The translations under genes and the position numbers were made by a program. Positions 54,501 to 63,864 of a DNA stretch of 64,000 nt are shown here, piece by piece (the first letter of the stretch is position 1; each line of letters starts with the position of its first letter). The stretch is from an uncultured Arcobacteraceae bacterium. GTDB taxonomy: Bacteria; Campylobacterota; Campylobacteria; Campylobacterales; Arcobacteraceae. The stretch covers positions 96,001 to 160,000 of the forward strand of contig CAXHZO010000002.1 in assembly GCA_964022095.1 (NCBI GenBank). Reading direction: 5' to 3'. The notes under the pieces are model-generated. The model was given only the letters and a program-made list of their open reading frames with translations. It was not told where the DNA came from and did not search any database.

Positions 54501-55327
54501 GATAGTAATCTTGTAACTGTGTCTTGGTTTATATTTGTACCTTGAGCTTGTGCAAATGCTCCAATTTGACTTAGTATGTTTTGTTTAGAGAAGTTTGCAG
54601 ATTCAGCTGCATAATCTGTATTAAATACAGAAGCTGCTTGAAGTGTACTTGCTTCTTGTGTTAATAATGTTGAATTAGAACTTTGTAATTGATTTGAAGT
54701 AGAACCTATCTCACCTCTATAATCATTAATAGTATTAAGTGCATTATCAATATCTTCTAAAAATGCTCTAGCATCAGCACTAGTAAAACTTCCAACATCT
54801 TGATTTGCTAAATCAGTTAATCCTAAACCTTCAGTATTTGATTGAATTCCTGATTGTTCGATTAAATCTCCACCATCAATTCCCGATTGGTATTGTAAAT
54901 CTGAACTAGCTGATGTATCATCACTACTTGCTTGAAGTAGATTTTGACCATTATAGTTTGTTTGTGATGCAATATCATCAAGTGCTTTTAGTTGCCCTTG
55001 AATATCTTTTAATATAGCTTCTCTACCTTCACTACTTGTTGTATCCGTTGAAGCTTGTAATAGTTTTTCTTTAACTCCATCTAAAATTTCAGATTGAGCA
55101 TTTACTGCACCATCTGCTATTTGAGTTGCAGCAATTGCTGAGTTTGTATTTTCTATAGCTTGTGAATATCCATTGCTTTGTGTTTTTAAATTATCAAGTA
55201 TAGATAGACTTGCAGCATCATCACTCGCTTGATTTACTTCTATACCAGTTGCAATTCTATTTAATGCTTGGTTAGCATTTAAATATATGTCATTTGATAT
55301 ATTGGGGTTATTACCATTTATTTGCAT
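54497..55327 (-). CDS. Short flagellin-family protein (FlaC-like; ATG at 55327 preferred)
   Basis: LNRIATG..VNQASDDAAS, QIADGA, TNYNGQNLL, RGEIGSTSNQL, DYAAESANFSKQNIL; AAGGAG RBS. Confidence 0.9.
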   Translation of the reverse strand: MQINGNNPNISNDIYLNANQALNRIATGIEVNQASDDAASLSILDNLKTQSNGYSQAIENTNSAIAATQIADGAVNAQSEILDGVKEKLLQASTDTTSSEGREAILKDIQGQLKALDDIASQTNYNGQNLLQASSDDTSASSDLQYQSGIDGGDLIEQSGIQSNTEGLGLTDLANQDVGSFTSADARAFLEDIDNALNTINDYRGEIGSTSNQLQSSNSTLLTQEASTLQAASVFNTDYAAESANFSKQNILSQIGAFAQAQGTNINQDTVTRLLS

Positions 55328-55506
55328 GATAGACTCCTTATTAAACACATTATATTCCTTGTAAAATTAAATTATTATTAAACGTGAATAAGAAAGCATA
55401 TTATTAAATAAAGCCTTATTGATGGGGTTCAAGATATTCATGAAATTATTATTTGAAGTGTTTTAATTTTCCTTTGATATAATATCCATTATATAAAGAT
55501 GAGAAT

Positions 55507-55830
55507 ATGGATATTAAAGAACAATTACAAGAAATTATTACCTTAGTTGAAAACACACAGTTTGTAAAAGCCCATGATGAACTTGAAGAGTTATGGAGAG
55601 AGTATAAAAATGATGAAACTACTAGAGAAGAATCATTTATACTAAAAGCATTTACAAATGCAGTTGTTGTATTTGAACTAGTAAAGATGAATAGAAGTGA
55701 ACATAGTAAGAATGTATGGAATACATATAAGAAGTATGAGTACTTAATAGATGAATTAGATAGTATAAACAAAGAAGAATATATAAAACTAAAAAAGTTA
55801 GTATACAAATATAAAGAAGAGTATAAATAA
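55507..55830 (+). CDS. DUF309-like protein
   Basis: QFVKAHDELEELWR motif. Confidence 0.7.
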   Translation: MDIKEQLQEIITLVENTQFVKAHDELEELWREYKNDETTREESFILKAFTNAVVVFELVKMNRSEHSKNVWNTYKKYEYLIDELDSINKEEYIKLKKLVYKYKEEYK

Positions 55831-56346
55831 GTGATAATATTAGATTTTGAGACAAACAGTGGAAATATAGGTGATGTTTTAGAAGTAGCAGCTGTAAAGT
55901 GTGATACTAATTTTAATGTACTTGATAAGTTTCATAGATACTACTTATCTAGACATCCAATTAATTATTACTCATATGCAGTACATAGACTAACACCAGA
56001 ATTAATATTAGATTATAGAAAAGACAAAGAGTATGTAACATACTTCACAGAAGATGAAGAGTTCGAGCAGTTTTGTTCTGGAGCTAAAACATTAGTAGCT
56101 CATAATATAAACTTCGAATTACGACATATAAATAATCGTGTAAGATTTCAAAATCATATATGTACTATGAAAGAGAATAGAACTACAGTAAATGTATATG
56201 GAAAAAATGGAAAATTAAAAAATCCAAAGTTAGATGAAACATGTGCATATTATGGAATAGATTTTGAAGCTGACAAGTATCACAGTGCTACATATGATGT
56301 AACTAAAACCTATGAAATACTAAAAAGAATGAATATAAAATTATAA
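55831..56346 (+). CDS. DEDDh 3'-5' exonuclease
   Basis: ILDFET, VAHNINFE, ICTM, HSATYDV. Confidence 0.9.
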   Translation: MIILDFETNSGNIGDVLEVAAVKCDTNFNVLDKFHRYYLSRHPINYYSYAVHRLTPELILDYRKDKEYVTYFTEDEEFEQFCSGAKTLVAHNINFELRHINNRVRFQNHICTMKENRTTVNVYGKNGKLKNPKLDETCAYYGIDFEADKYHSATYDVTKTYEILKRMNIKL

Positions 56347-56418
56347 ATTCCTATAAACTGCTAGAATTTACCTACAAGATAAAGTTATTTTGTCATAAAA
56401 TAAAAGAAAAAAGGGTTT

Positions 56419-57378
56419 ATGATGAAAATAGGAGTATCTTCGTGTCTAATAGGAAATAAAGTTAGATATGATGGAATGAATGCAAACGATAAATTTATAG
56501 CAAACATACTGTCAAAGTATTTTGAACTAATCCCTTATTGTCCAGAAACAACTATATGGGGAAGTCCACGAGAAGCTATAAGACTTGTGGAGAATGAACA
56601 GGGAGAGGTAAAAGTAGTAACATCTACTAAAAATCCAGTTGAAGTAACAAAACAACTTCAAGACATTTCTTCTACAACTGCACAAGAAGCAGGGGAAGAT
56701 GAACTATGTGGATTTATACTAAAATCAGCATCTCCAACTTGTGGATTAGAAAGAGTTAAAGTATACAAACCTTTAAATGCTCCAAGTGAGAAAAAAGGGG
56801 TAGGGCTATTTGCAGCTGAACTTAAAAAAAGATATCCATACTTACCAATGGAAGAAGAGGGAAGACTAAATGACCCTTGGCTTAGAGAAAATTTCTTAAT
56901 GCAAACATTTGCTTATGCAGACTTACATGAGTTTTTAAAAACAAATCCAAGTTTTAATGACCTAGTAGTATTTCATACCTCATATAAATACCTAATATAT
57001 GCAAAAGCAGAGAGTGCATATAAAACACTTGGTCATATAGTAGCAAACCATGAAAAAAAAGAACTAGAAGAGGTATTAAAAGAGTATAAAGAAGAGTTCT
57101 TAAAGGCTATTAATTTAAAAGGAAGTGTTAAAAAGACATATAATGTACTACTACATATATATGGATACTTCAAAAGAGATATTACAAGTGATGAAAAAGA
57201 GCATGTACTTTCAACACTAGAAGAGTATAAAGAAAAAATCATACCACTAATTGCAGTTATGAAGATAATCAACCTTTATGCAAAAAGATTTGATGTACAG
57301 TATCTAAAAGTTCAAAAATTCTTAAATCCATATCCAAAAGAATTGGCATTAAGAAGTGATGTGAGAGCGTACAAGTAA
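56419..57378 (+). CDS. ybgA: YbgA-family protein (DUF523 + DUF1722)
   Basis: GVSSCLIG..VRYDG, YCPE, LKSASPTCG, EEEGRLND..LRENF, FHTSYK, LNPYP. Confidence 0.93.
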   Translation: MMKIGVSSCLIGNKVRYDGMNANDKFIANILSKYFELIPYCPETTIWGSPREAIRLVENEQGEVKVVTSTKNPVEVTKQLQDISSTTAQEAGEDELCGFILKSASPTCGLERVKVYKPLNAPSEKKGVGLFAAELKKRYPYLPMEEEGRLNDPWLRENFLMQTFAYADLHEFLKTNPSFNDLVVFHTSYKYLIYAKAESAYKTLGHIVANHEKKELEEVLKEYKEEFLKAINLKGSVKKTYNVLLHIYGYFKRDITSDEKEHVLSTLEEYKEKIIPLIAVMKIINLYAKRFDVQYLKVQKFLNPYPKELALRSDVRAYK

Positions 57379-57379
57379 C

Positions 57380-58735
57380 ATGAAACAAATACTTTGGTTT
57401 AGAAGAGACTTACGAATAAGCGATAGTGAGATATTAACAAATGCTAAGGATGAAGTATTGCCTATATTTATCTTTGATAAGGATATCTTAGGAAAGCTAG
57501 ATATTGATGATAAGAGGGTGACTTTTATATACCAAAGTGTTTTAAAGCTAAAAGAGGATTTAAAATCTATTGGGCTTGATTTAGCAATATTTTATTCAAC
57601 TCCTGTTGAGGTGTTTAGAAGCTTACAAAAAGAGGGTTTCGATGAGGTATTATCTAGTATTGATTATGAACAATACTCTATAAGAAGAGATAATCAAATA
57701 GAGCAAATAGTAACAATGAGAAGATTTTTAGACTCATTTATTCTAAAACCAAACACACATACAAAGAAAGATAAAACTCCCTATAAAGTATTTACACCAT
57801 TTTACAAAGCATTAAATTATATATGGGAGAGTGAATCTTTAGATGAGTTTGAAACTCCAAAAAACCTGAAGAAAATAGAGTTTAACTATGATGTAATTCC
57901 AAGTTTAGAAGAAATGGGCTTTGAAAAACAAGAACTCCCAGAATTTTTAACTAAAAGTGCAGATGAGTTGATAGATGATTTTTCACAAAAAATATCTGAA
58001 TATCAAGAATCTAGAGACTTTTTTTATAAAGATGGAACATCAAATATGGGAGTTCACTTGCGTTTTGGGCTTATTAGTCCAAGACAAGTTTTTAATAAAA
58101 TCAAAACTTTAAGAGCTCCTCAAGGTCAAAAAGATTTTTATATAAGAGAGCTTTTTTGGAGAGAATTTTACAACTATATTTTATTTCATTTTCCAAAAAG
58201 TGAAACTCAAAACTTCAATGGCATAGAAGTAAAGTGGAGAAATGATAAAGAAGAGTTCAAAGCTTGGTGTGAAGGAAACACAGGTGTTCCTATAATAGAT
58301 GCTTCAATGAGACATTTTAATGCAACAGGAACTATGCATAACCGTCTAAGAATGATAGTTGCTTCATACTTAACCAAAAACTTGCTAATTGATTGGAAGT
58401 GGGGAGAGAAGTATTTTGCTTCTAAGTTACTTGATTATGAAGCAAGTTCAAATATAGGTTCTTGGCAATGGGGAGCTAGTACAGGTGCTGATTCAGTGCC
58501 TTATTTTAGAGTTTTTAACCCATATTTACAATCTGCAAAATTTGATAAAGAAGCTAAATTTATAAAATCAGTCATACCTGAACTTGAACATATAGAACCA
58601 AAACTTATTCATACTGAAGGTGGGGTTCAAAGCAATTTATTTGTGGATTATCCTCAAACTTTAGTTTCTATTTCTTTTTCAAGGGATAGAGTTATAAGTG
58701 AGTTTAAAAGAGCAAATATAGAGAGTAAGAGATGA
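57380..58735 (+). CDS. phrB: Deoxyribodipyrimidine photolyase
   Basis: WFRRDLR, PYKVFTPF, ELFWREFY, TGVPIIDA, MHNRLRMIVAS, SNIGSWQW, YFRVFNP. Confidence 0.93.
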   Translation: MKQILWFRRDLRISDSEILTNAKDEVLPIFIFDKDILGKLDIDDKRVTFIYQSVLKLKEDLKSIGLDLAIFYSTPVEVFRSLQKEGFDEVLSSIDYEQYSIRRDNQIEQIVTMRRFLDSFILKPNTHTKKDKTPYKVFTPFYKALNYIWESESLDEFETPKNLKKIEFNYDVIPSLEEMGFEKQELPEFLTKSADELIDDFSQKISEYQESRDFFYKDGTSNMGVHLRFGLISPRQVFNKIKTLRAPQGQKDFYIRELFWREFYNYILFHFPKSETQNFNGIEVKWRNDKEEFKAWCEGNTGVPIIDASMRHFNATGTMHNRLRMIVASYLTKNLLIDWKWGEKYFASKLLDYEASSNIGSWQWGASTGADSVPYFRVFNPYLQSAKFDKEAKFIKSVIPELEHIEPKLIHTEGGVQSNLFVDYPQTLVSISFSRDRVISEFKRANIESKR

Positions 58736-60147
58736 GAAATGTAGACATAGCAGTAGTTGGAAGTGGAATAGGTGGAAGCTTAATATCTGCCTTAAATAGT
58801 CACAAAGATATATTACTATTTGAAAAAGATCATAATCTTGGTGGATGTGCAAGTACATTTAAAAGATTTGGCCATAGATTCAATACTGGTGCTACTACGT
58901 TTGTAGGATATGAAGATAATCATATTATAAAAAATATGTTTGATAAGATAGGATTAAAACCAGATATTGTTCAAAGTGATATCGCAATAAGAAATATACA
59001 AGGAAATAAAAAAGTAGATAGAATTCAAAACTTTGAATCATTTTTAACACAAGTAAATGAAAACTATTACCACCCAAACAACAGAGTTTTTTGGAAAACA
59101 ATCAAAGATATAGATGAAAGGTTTTGGAAGCTTAGATTTGTGTATTTTTCAAAGTACTCTTTGAAGTCATTTTTTAAATCATCACTTTTTATAGCTGAAC
59201 TTTTAAAAGAGTTTAAAACAGATTTATTAGTAAGTGCAGAGGGCTTTATAAACTCAACTTTGCCAAATATTTCAAAAGAGTATAAGGCTTTTATAAATTC
59301 ACAACTACTAATAACTCTACAAACTACATCAAAAAATGCAACACTTTTATCTATGAGTTTAGGACTTGCGTATCCTTTTCATAAAGTATTTTATGCAAAT
59401 GGTGGAATGGGAAATTTAATAAAAGATATACTAAAAGATGTAGAAGTAAAGAAAAATGAAGAGATAATCTCCATTGAAAAAACATCAAAGCAATATCACA
59501 TAATAACAAGTAAATCAGAATATATGGCAAATAAAGTCATACTAAACTCAACTATCTTTGATAGCGGAAGACTGTTTTTAAATGATGATATAAAATCATA
59601 CTTCAATCAGTTTAGATTTGGTGATCAAAGTGCTTTTGTAGTGTATATGAAACTAAATATTAAACCTGAGCTTATACATCACTATCAGTTTGTTTTAAAA
59701 GATACTATTCCAAACTGTATTTCTAACTCGTTTTTTGTATCATTTAGTGATGTAGCTGATGATAAACTATCAAAAGATGGACTGAGTATTACTATCTCAA
59801 CTCATTCAAAAGCAATATACTGGGAAGGTCTTTCAAAACAACAGTACGATGCTAAAAAACAAGAGACTCAAGAATATATTGTAAAAGAGTTTTTAAAACA
59901 GTTTGATACTATCAAAGCAGAAAATATCAAAGAGTGTTTTAGTGCTACTTCAAAGACTTTTTACAGATATATAAGCCGTGCAAACTGTGGTGGAAAACCA
60001 ATAAATATTAAAAGTGCACTTAGCTTACCTAGCTGTAACACACCCTTTAAAGGTCTTTATAATGTAGGAGATACAGTATTCGCAGGTCAAGGCTGGCCTG
60101 GTGTTGCTCTTGGAGTTGAGATATTAAATAAAGAGATTAATTCATAG
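58732..60147 (+). CDS. Phytoene desaturase (CrtI/CrtD)-family FAD oxidoreductase
   Basis: VVGSGIGG, LGGCASTF.R....FNTGAT, GGMG.L, VGDTVFAGQGWPGV. Confidence 0.82.
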   Translation: MRNVDIAVVGSGIGGSLISALNSHKDILLFEKDHNLGGCASTFKRFGHRFNTGATTFVGYEDNHIIKNMFDKIGLKPDIVQSDIAIRNIQGNKKVDRIQNFESFLTQVNENYYHPNNRVFWKTIKDIDERFWKLRFVYFSKYSLKSFFKSSLFIAELLKEFKTDLLVSAEGFINSTLPNISKEYKAFINSQLLITLQTTSKNATLLSMSLGLAYPFHKVFYANGGMGNLIKDILKDVEVKKNEEIISIEKTSKQYHIITSKSEYMANKVILNSTIFDSGRLFLNDDIKSYFNQFRFGDQSAFVVYMKLNIKPELIHHYQFVLKDTIPNCISNSFFVSFSDVADDKLSKDGLSITISTHSKAIYWEGLSKQQYDAKKQETQEYIVKEFLKQFDTIKAENIKECFSATSKTFYRYISRANCGGKPINIKSALSLPSCNTPFKGLYNVGDTVFAGQGWPGVALGVEILNKEINS

Positions 60148-60185
60148 AGATGAAGTTAAGACAAACCACAACATATAACTACATA

Positions 60186-60851
60186 TCAATTAAAATCTAG
60201 AGTTAATATCAAACGCTTTTCATTGGCTAACACTACAGGTGAACGGTGAACTAAGCCCATATTTTCATTACCCTCCCAAAGGGTACCTTTGAGCAATGCA
60301 ACATCGCCACAATTTAATTGTTGGATATCATTTTCACCTTGGTAAAGACCAGATTCACTATCAGATAAGCCGTTACTACCCCATCCAAGTTTTGTGTAAT
60401 CAGCCACCTCATGAGGAAGCCATTGTGTAGCAATACCTTGATAGGTTGTCACAAGACGGCAAGGCACGCTATCTACATGAAATTTAGGGCACATCGTTCG
60501 ATCTAAAACTTTCAAGCGAATGCCTGCTTGTTTAAGTTCAAATAAGTAACAAAACATATCCACAAGTTCAGCAATATCTTCGCTCACTTCAGTCATATTA
60601 TTATCAAAAGATTCGCTAAGACGGGAAAGCGCATTTTGTGGTGTTAAAATCATTTCTTTTTGAAATGCAGGATTCAATGCTAAAAATTCTTTTACCGAAT
60701 ATTGCATAGTAGAAGGTATCTTACGCTGCCAAATGGCTATATTGATTTCTGATTGGTAGATATCACTAAAAATTGTTGGCTGTTTATCCTGTGCCATATG
60801 TCCATAGAATTTAGGCATTTCATTTAGCATCATTTTCCTTTTCACGCTCAT
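60186..60851 (-). CDS. DUF1826-family protein
   Basis: NIAIWQR, MCPKFHVD.VPCRLVTTY.G.ATQW, GDVALLKG, GLVHRSP, RLILTLD. Confidence 0.88.
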   Translation of the reverse strand: MSVKRKMMLNEMPKFYGHMAQDKQPTIFSDIYQSEINIAIWQRKIPSTMQYSVKEFLALNPAFQKEMILTPQNALSRLSESFDNNMTEVSEDIAELVDMFCYLFELKQAGIRLKVLDRTMCPKFHVDSVPCRLVTTYQGIATQWLPHEVADYTKLGWGSNGLSDSESGLYQGENDIQQLNCGDVALLKGTLWEGNENMGLVHRSPVVLANEKRLILTLDFN

Positions 60852-60871
60852 TAAAATATAATAAACAAATT

Positions 60872-60936
60872 AATGCAACTTTGTCGCATTTTATTAGGAA
60901 TTATAATATAAAATATTTAAATGCAACTTAGTTGCA
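60872..60936. promoter_or_regulatory. Two TGCAAC-N3-GTTGCA palindromes upstream of DUF1826
   Basis: aaTGCAAC-ttt-GTcGCAtt (60872-60890) and TGCAAC-tta-GTTGCA (60922-60936). Confidence 0.7.
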
Positions 60937-61065
60937 GCATATTAAAAAAATCAAAAGAGTAGATTATGGCAGATGGAAAATGTAAAATTTAAGAATATAA
61001 ACAAAGATGGTGATCATTATGACTATGATAATTTATATTTAGAATTTAAATTATCAAAAGTCTAC

Positions 61066-61467
61066 TCAATTTAGCTTATTTACTTCTCTTTTCTCTCTTA
61101 TCCAAGATTTAATACCCTTTTGAAGGTGATATACATTTTTAAAGCCTAGTTGTTTTGATAAAAAGTTACCAACAGTTCCGGTTCTATTTCCCGATCTACA
61201 AACTAATACAAAAGTTTGATTTTTGTCTTTTACTACAGTTGAGAACTCTTTTAGCCAACTTTTAACATCGTATTGACCTTTTTCATTAAAAAACATTATC
61301 TTATTACTTGTAGGAATAGTTCCTAGTTCTTTCCACTCTGGTGGAGTTCTTATATCTATCACTGTGATATTTTTATCAATCATTTCTTGTAGTTGTGTTG
61401 GATTAATTCCTTTGAAATCTGCAAATGCAAAAATTGCTGTTAATAGTATAAAAAATAGTTTTTTCAT
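61066..61467 (-). CDS. Periplasmic rhodanese-like sulfurtransferase
   Basis: Signal peptide, IDIRTPPEW, VCRSGNRT, YHLQKGIKSW. Confidence 0.92.
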   Translation of the reverse strand: MKKLFFILLTAIFAFADFKGINPTQLQEMIDKNITVIDIRTPPEWKELGTIPTSNKIMFFNEKGQYDVKSWLKEFSTVVKDKNQTFVLVCRSGNRTGTVGNFLSKQLGFKNVYHLQKGIKSWIREKREVNKLN

Positions 61468-61626
61468 TGTTCACCTTTTTTGTCAAGTTTGTAATATTAC
61501 ACCAAAAAAGTTTAAAGATTTTAATTGAAATAAAATATTTATATCACAAATCGTCAAATAACTTATATTAAATATTTTAAAATTATAGTAAAATAATCAG
61601 ATATAATAAAATCAAAAAGGAACTAA

Positions 61627-62625
61627 ATGCACAGTGTAGAACTAAAAATCACAATAAAAGACTGGCTTTATATAATAACCATTGGTGCTTTATTTGGGTT
61701 TTTTATTTCATTGTTTTTTTATTTTCTAAATGAAAATCTAAGAGAATTTTCAACTATAATTTTTAGTACTAGTACAGCAGTTATTATTTCTCTCTTTGCA
61801 TCATTTTTAATATCAATTTCAAACAATCTTATACTACCAAAAGTGAACAAAAGATTTTGGTATATCGTTAGTTTTATTTTTTCATTTAGTTCTGGTTTTT
61901 TTGGTTCGGTGTTTAGTTTTGTGATTTTTTCTTATACAGATTTTAGAATCGTACACTATATAAATGATTATTGGTTCTACATAAGTGTTACTATAGGGTT
62001 CCTAACTTTTTTAGTTGGATTAATTTTACATCAGTTTATTTCTATGAAGTATAAAAACGAATCAATAAAAACTGAGATTTTAGAAACAAGATTAAGAGCA
62101 TTAGAAAACGAACTAAATCCTCACTTTTTATTCAACGCTTTAAATTCAGTTAGTGAGTTAGTATATGTGGACCAAAAGAAAGCAGAATCTGCAATCTTAC
62201 ATATCTCAAAGTTTTTGAGAAACGCTATAAATAAAGAGAGCCTAATACCTTTAGAAACAGAACTTTCAATGGTTCAAACATATGTAAATATTGAAAATAT
62301 AAGATTTACGCAAAGAGTTGTATTATCAGTTGAAGTTGTAGAAGAGATGAAAAAAAGAGAAATACCAAAATTCTCAATTCAACTATTAGTAGAAAATGCC
62401 ATCAAACATGGTTTCATAAATGAAAAACTACATATAGACATCAAAGTTTATAAAGATATAATAATCGTACAAAATGACGGAAAAATATCACAAGACTTGA
62501 AGTTTGGTACAGGATTATCAAATCTTAAAAAAAGACTAGAAATTCAAAATGTAGGAAAACTTTCATATCTAAGTGAAGATAATAAAATGAAATTTATAAT
62601 TAAGTTAAATAAAGGAAACAAATGA
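61627..62625 (+). CDS. LytS/YehU-family membrane sensor histidine kinase
   Basis: 3-4 N-terminal TM; ELNPHFLFNALN, YVNIE..RF, IQLLVENAIKHG, GTGLSNL. Confidence 0.93.
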   Translation: MHSVELKITIKDWLYIITIGALFGFFISLFFYFLNENLREFSTIIFSTSTAVIISLFASFLISISNNLILPKVNKRFWYIVSFIFSFSSGFFGSVFSFVIFSYTDFRIVHYINDYWFYISVTIGFLTFLVGLILHQFISMKYKNESIKTEILETRLRALENELNPHFLFNALNSVSELVYVDQKKAESAILHISKFLRNAINKESLIPLETELSMVQTYVNIENIRFTQRVVLSVEVVEEMKKREIPKFSIQLLVENAIKHGFINEKLHIDIKVYKDIIIVQNDGKISQDLKFGTGLSNLKKRLEIQNVGKLSYLSEDNKMKFIIKLNKGNK

Positions 62626-63332
62626 AAGTATTAATAGTAGACGATGAGTCTTTAGCAATAAGCAGACTTACAAGACTTCTAAATGAAATAGGAATAAACG
62701 ATATCACATCTTTTGAAGATCCTTTATTAGCACTAAAAGATATTACAAAAAATAAATACGACGCAGTATTTTTAGATATATCAATGCCAAATATGACAGG
62801 ATTAGAACTTGCTGATAGTATTATTCAGTTTGAGCCGAAGACTTTTATAGTGTTTCAAACAGCTTATGAAGAGTATGCTTTAGAGGCTTTTAAAAAAGGT
62901 GGATTAGGTTATTTAGTAAAACCTTTTGAGTTAGATGACTTAAAAGCAGTTATTGAAAAAATAAAAACTTTTCAAGATAGTGCTGAAGTTGAGACTAAAA
63001 AGATTTTAGGGAAAAGAGGAGATAAACTATATTTAATCGATTTAGATGATATTTTTTATATAAAAGCAGACCTTGATGAAGTTATTATCAAAATTAAAGA
63101 TGCAGATGCATATGTAAGAAGAAAAATAGGAGACTTAGAGACTTTATTACAAAACAAAAATTTCTTTAGAGTTCATAGATCATACATAGTAAATGTAGAT
63201 AAAATCAAATCAATGAAAAGTATTGAGCAATCAAAACTTCAAATCTCTTTTGATGGAATTAGTGAAATAGTAACTAGTTCAAAAGATGGAGCAAAAGAGT
63301 TTAGAGAGTATCTAGATAGAAGAAGTTTATAA
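62622..63332 (+). CDS. LytR/AlgR-family response regulator
   Basis: IVDDE, FLDISMP, TAY, LVKP, FFRVHRSYIVN. Confidence 0.95.
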   Translation: MKVLIVDDESLAISRLTRLLNEIGINDITSFEDPLLALKDITKNKYDAVFLDISMPNMTGLELADSIIQFEPKTFIVFQTAYEEYALEAFKKGGLGYLVKPFELDDLKAVIEKIKTFQDSAEVETKKILGKRGDKLYLIDLDDIFYIKADLDEVIIKIKDADAYVRRKIGDLETLLQNKNFFRVHRSYIVNVDKIKSMKSIEQSKLQISFDGISEIVTSSKDGAKEFREYLDRRSL

Positions 63333-63413
63333 ACTGACAAAATAATCCTACTAAAAAGCCATCTTTTCTCGTAAAATTCTTCTAGTATAAAATATTTCGT
63401 ACGAGGAGAAGAT

Positions 63414-63863
63414 GTGCAGACATTTATCAAAAGTTCATATATTAAGTGTGACATACAAACCCTTTTTGATTTTCACTTAGACACAAATAACTTGAAACAC
63501 ATCACTCCAAGCGATACCAAAGTAGAGCTACTAACTAAAGATTACGTACCTAAGCAGTCAAAAATTTTAGATATAAAAAGTACGAAGTATTTTATACCAA
63601 TGTTATGGAAAGTAAAAATAGAAACATTAGATGAACCTAACCTTTTAGTTGACATCGCATTAAAGTCCCCTTTTAAATATTGGGAACACAAACATATATT
63701 TATTCAGCACAAAGATAGATGTGAACTAAAAGATGTGATAACTTATGAATTACCTTTTGGAATAATTGGAAAGTTTTTTGATTTTATTATAAAAAGAGAT
63801 TTACAAAACATGTTTGATTTTAGACATAAAGCTACAAAAGAAATATTAGAGAAAAAGGACTAA
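63414..63863 (+). CDS. SRPBCC (START-like) family protein
   Basis: LFDFH...NL..ITP, SPFKYWEHKHIF, DVITYELPFG, MFDFRH. Confidence 0.88.
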   Translation: MQTFIKSSYIKCDIQTLFDFHLDTNNLKHITPSDTKVELLTKDYVPKQSKILDIKSTKYFIPMLWKVKIETLDEPNLLVDIALKSPFKYWEHKHIFIQHKDRCELKDVITYELPFGIIGKFFDFIIKRDLQNMFDFRHKATKEILEKKD

Positions 63864-63864
63864 A

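Noticed and set aside
58732-60147. Carotenoid biosynthesis pathway
   Set aside because: Only a CrtI-like oxidoreductase is present; no crtB/crtE in the window, so the substrate cannot be assigned.
60973-61074. 33-aa ORF MENVKFKNINKDGDHYDYDN...
   Set aside because: No clear RBS, overlaps the rhodanese 3' end, no recognisable motif; at most a gene remnant.
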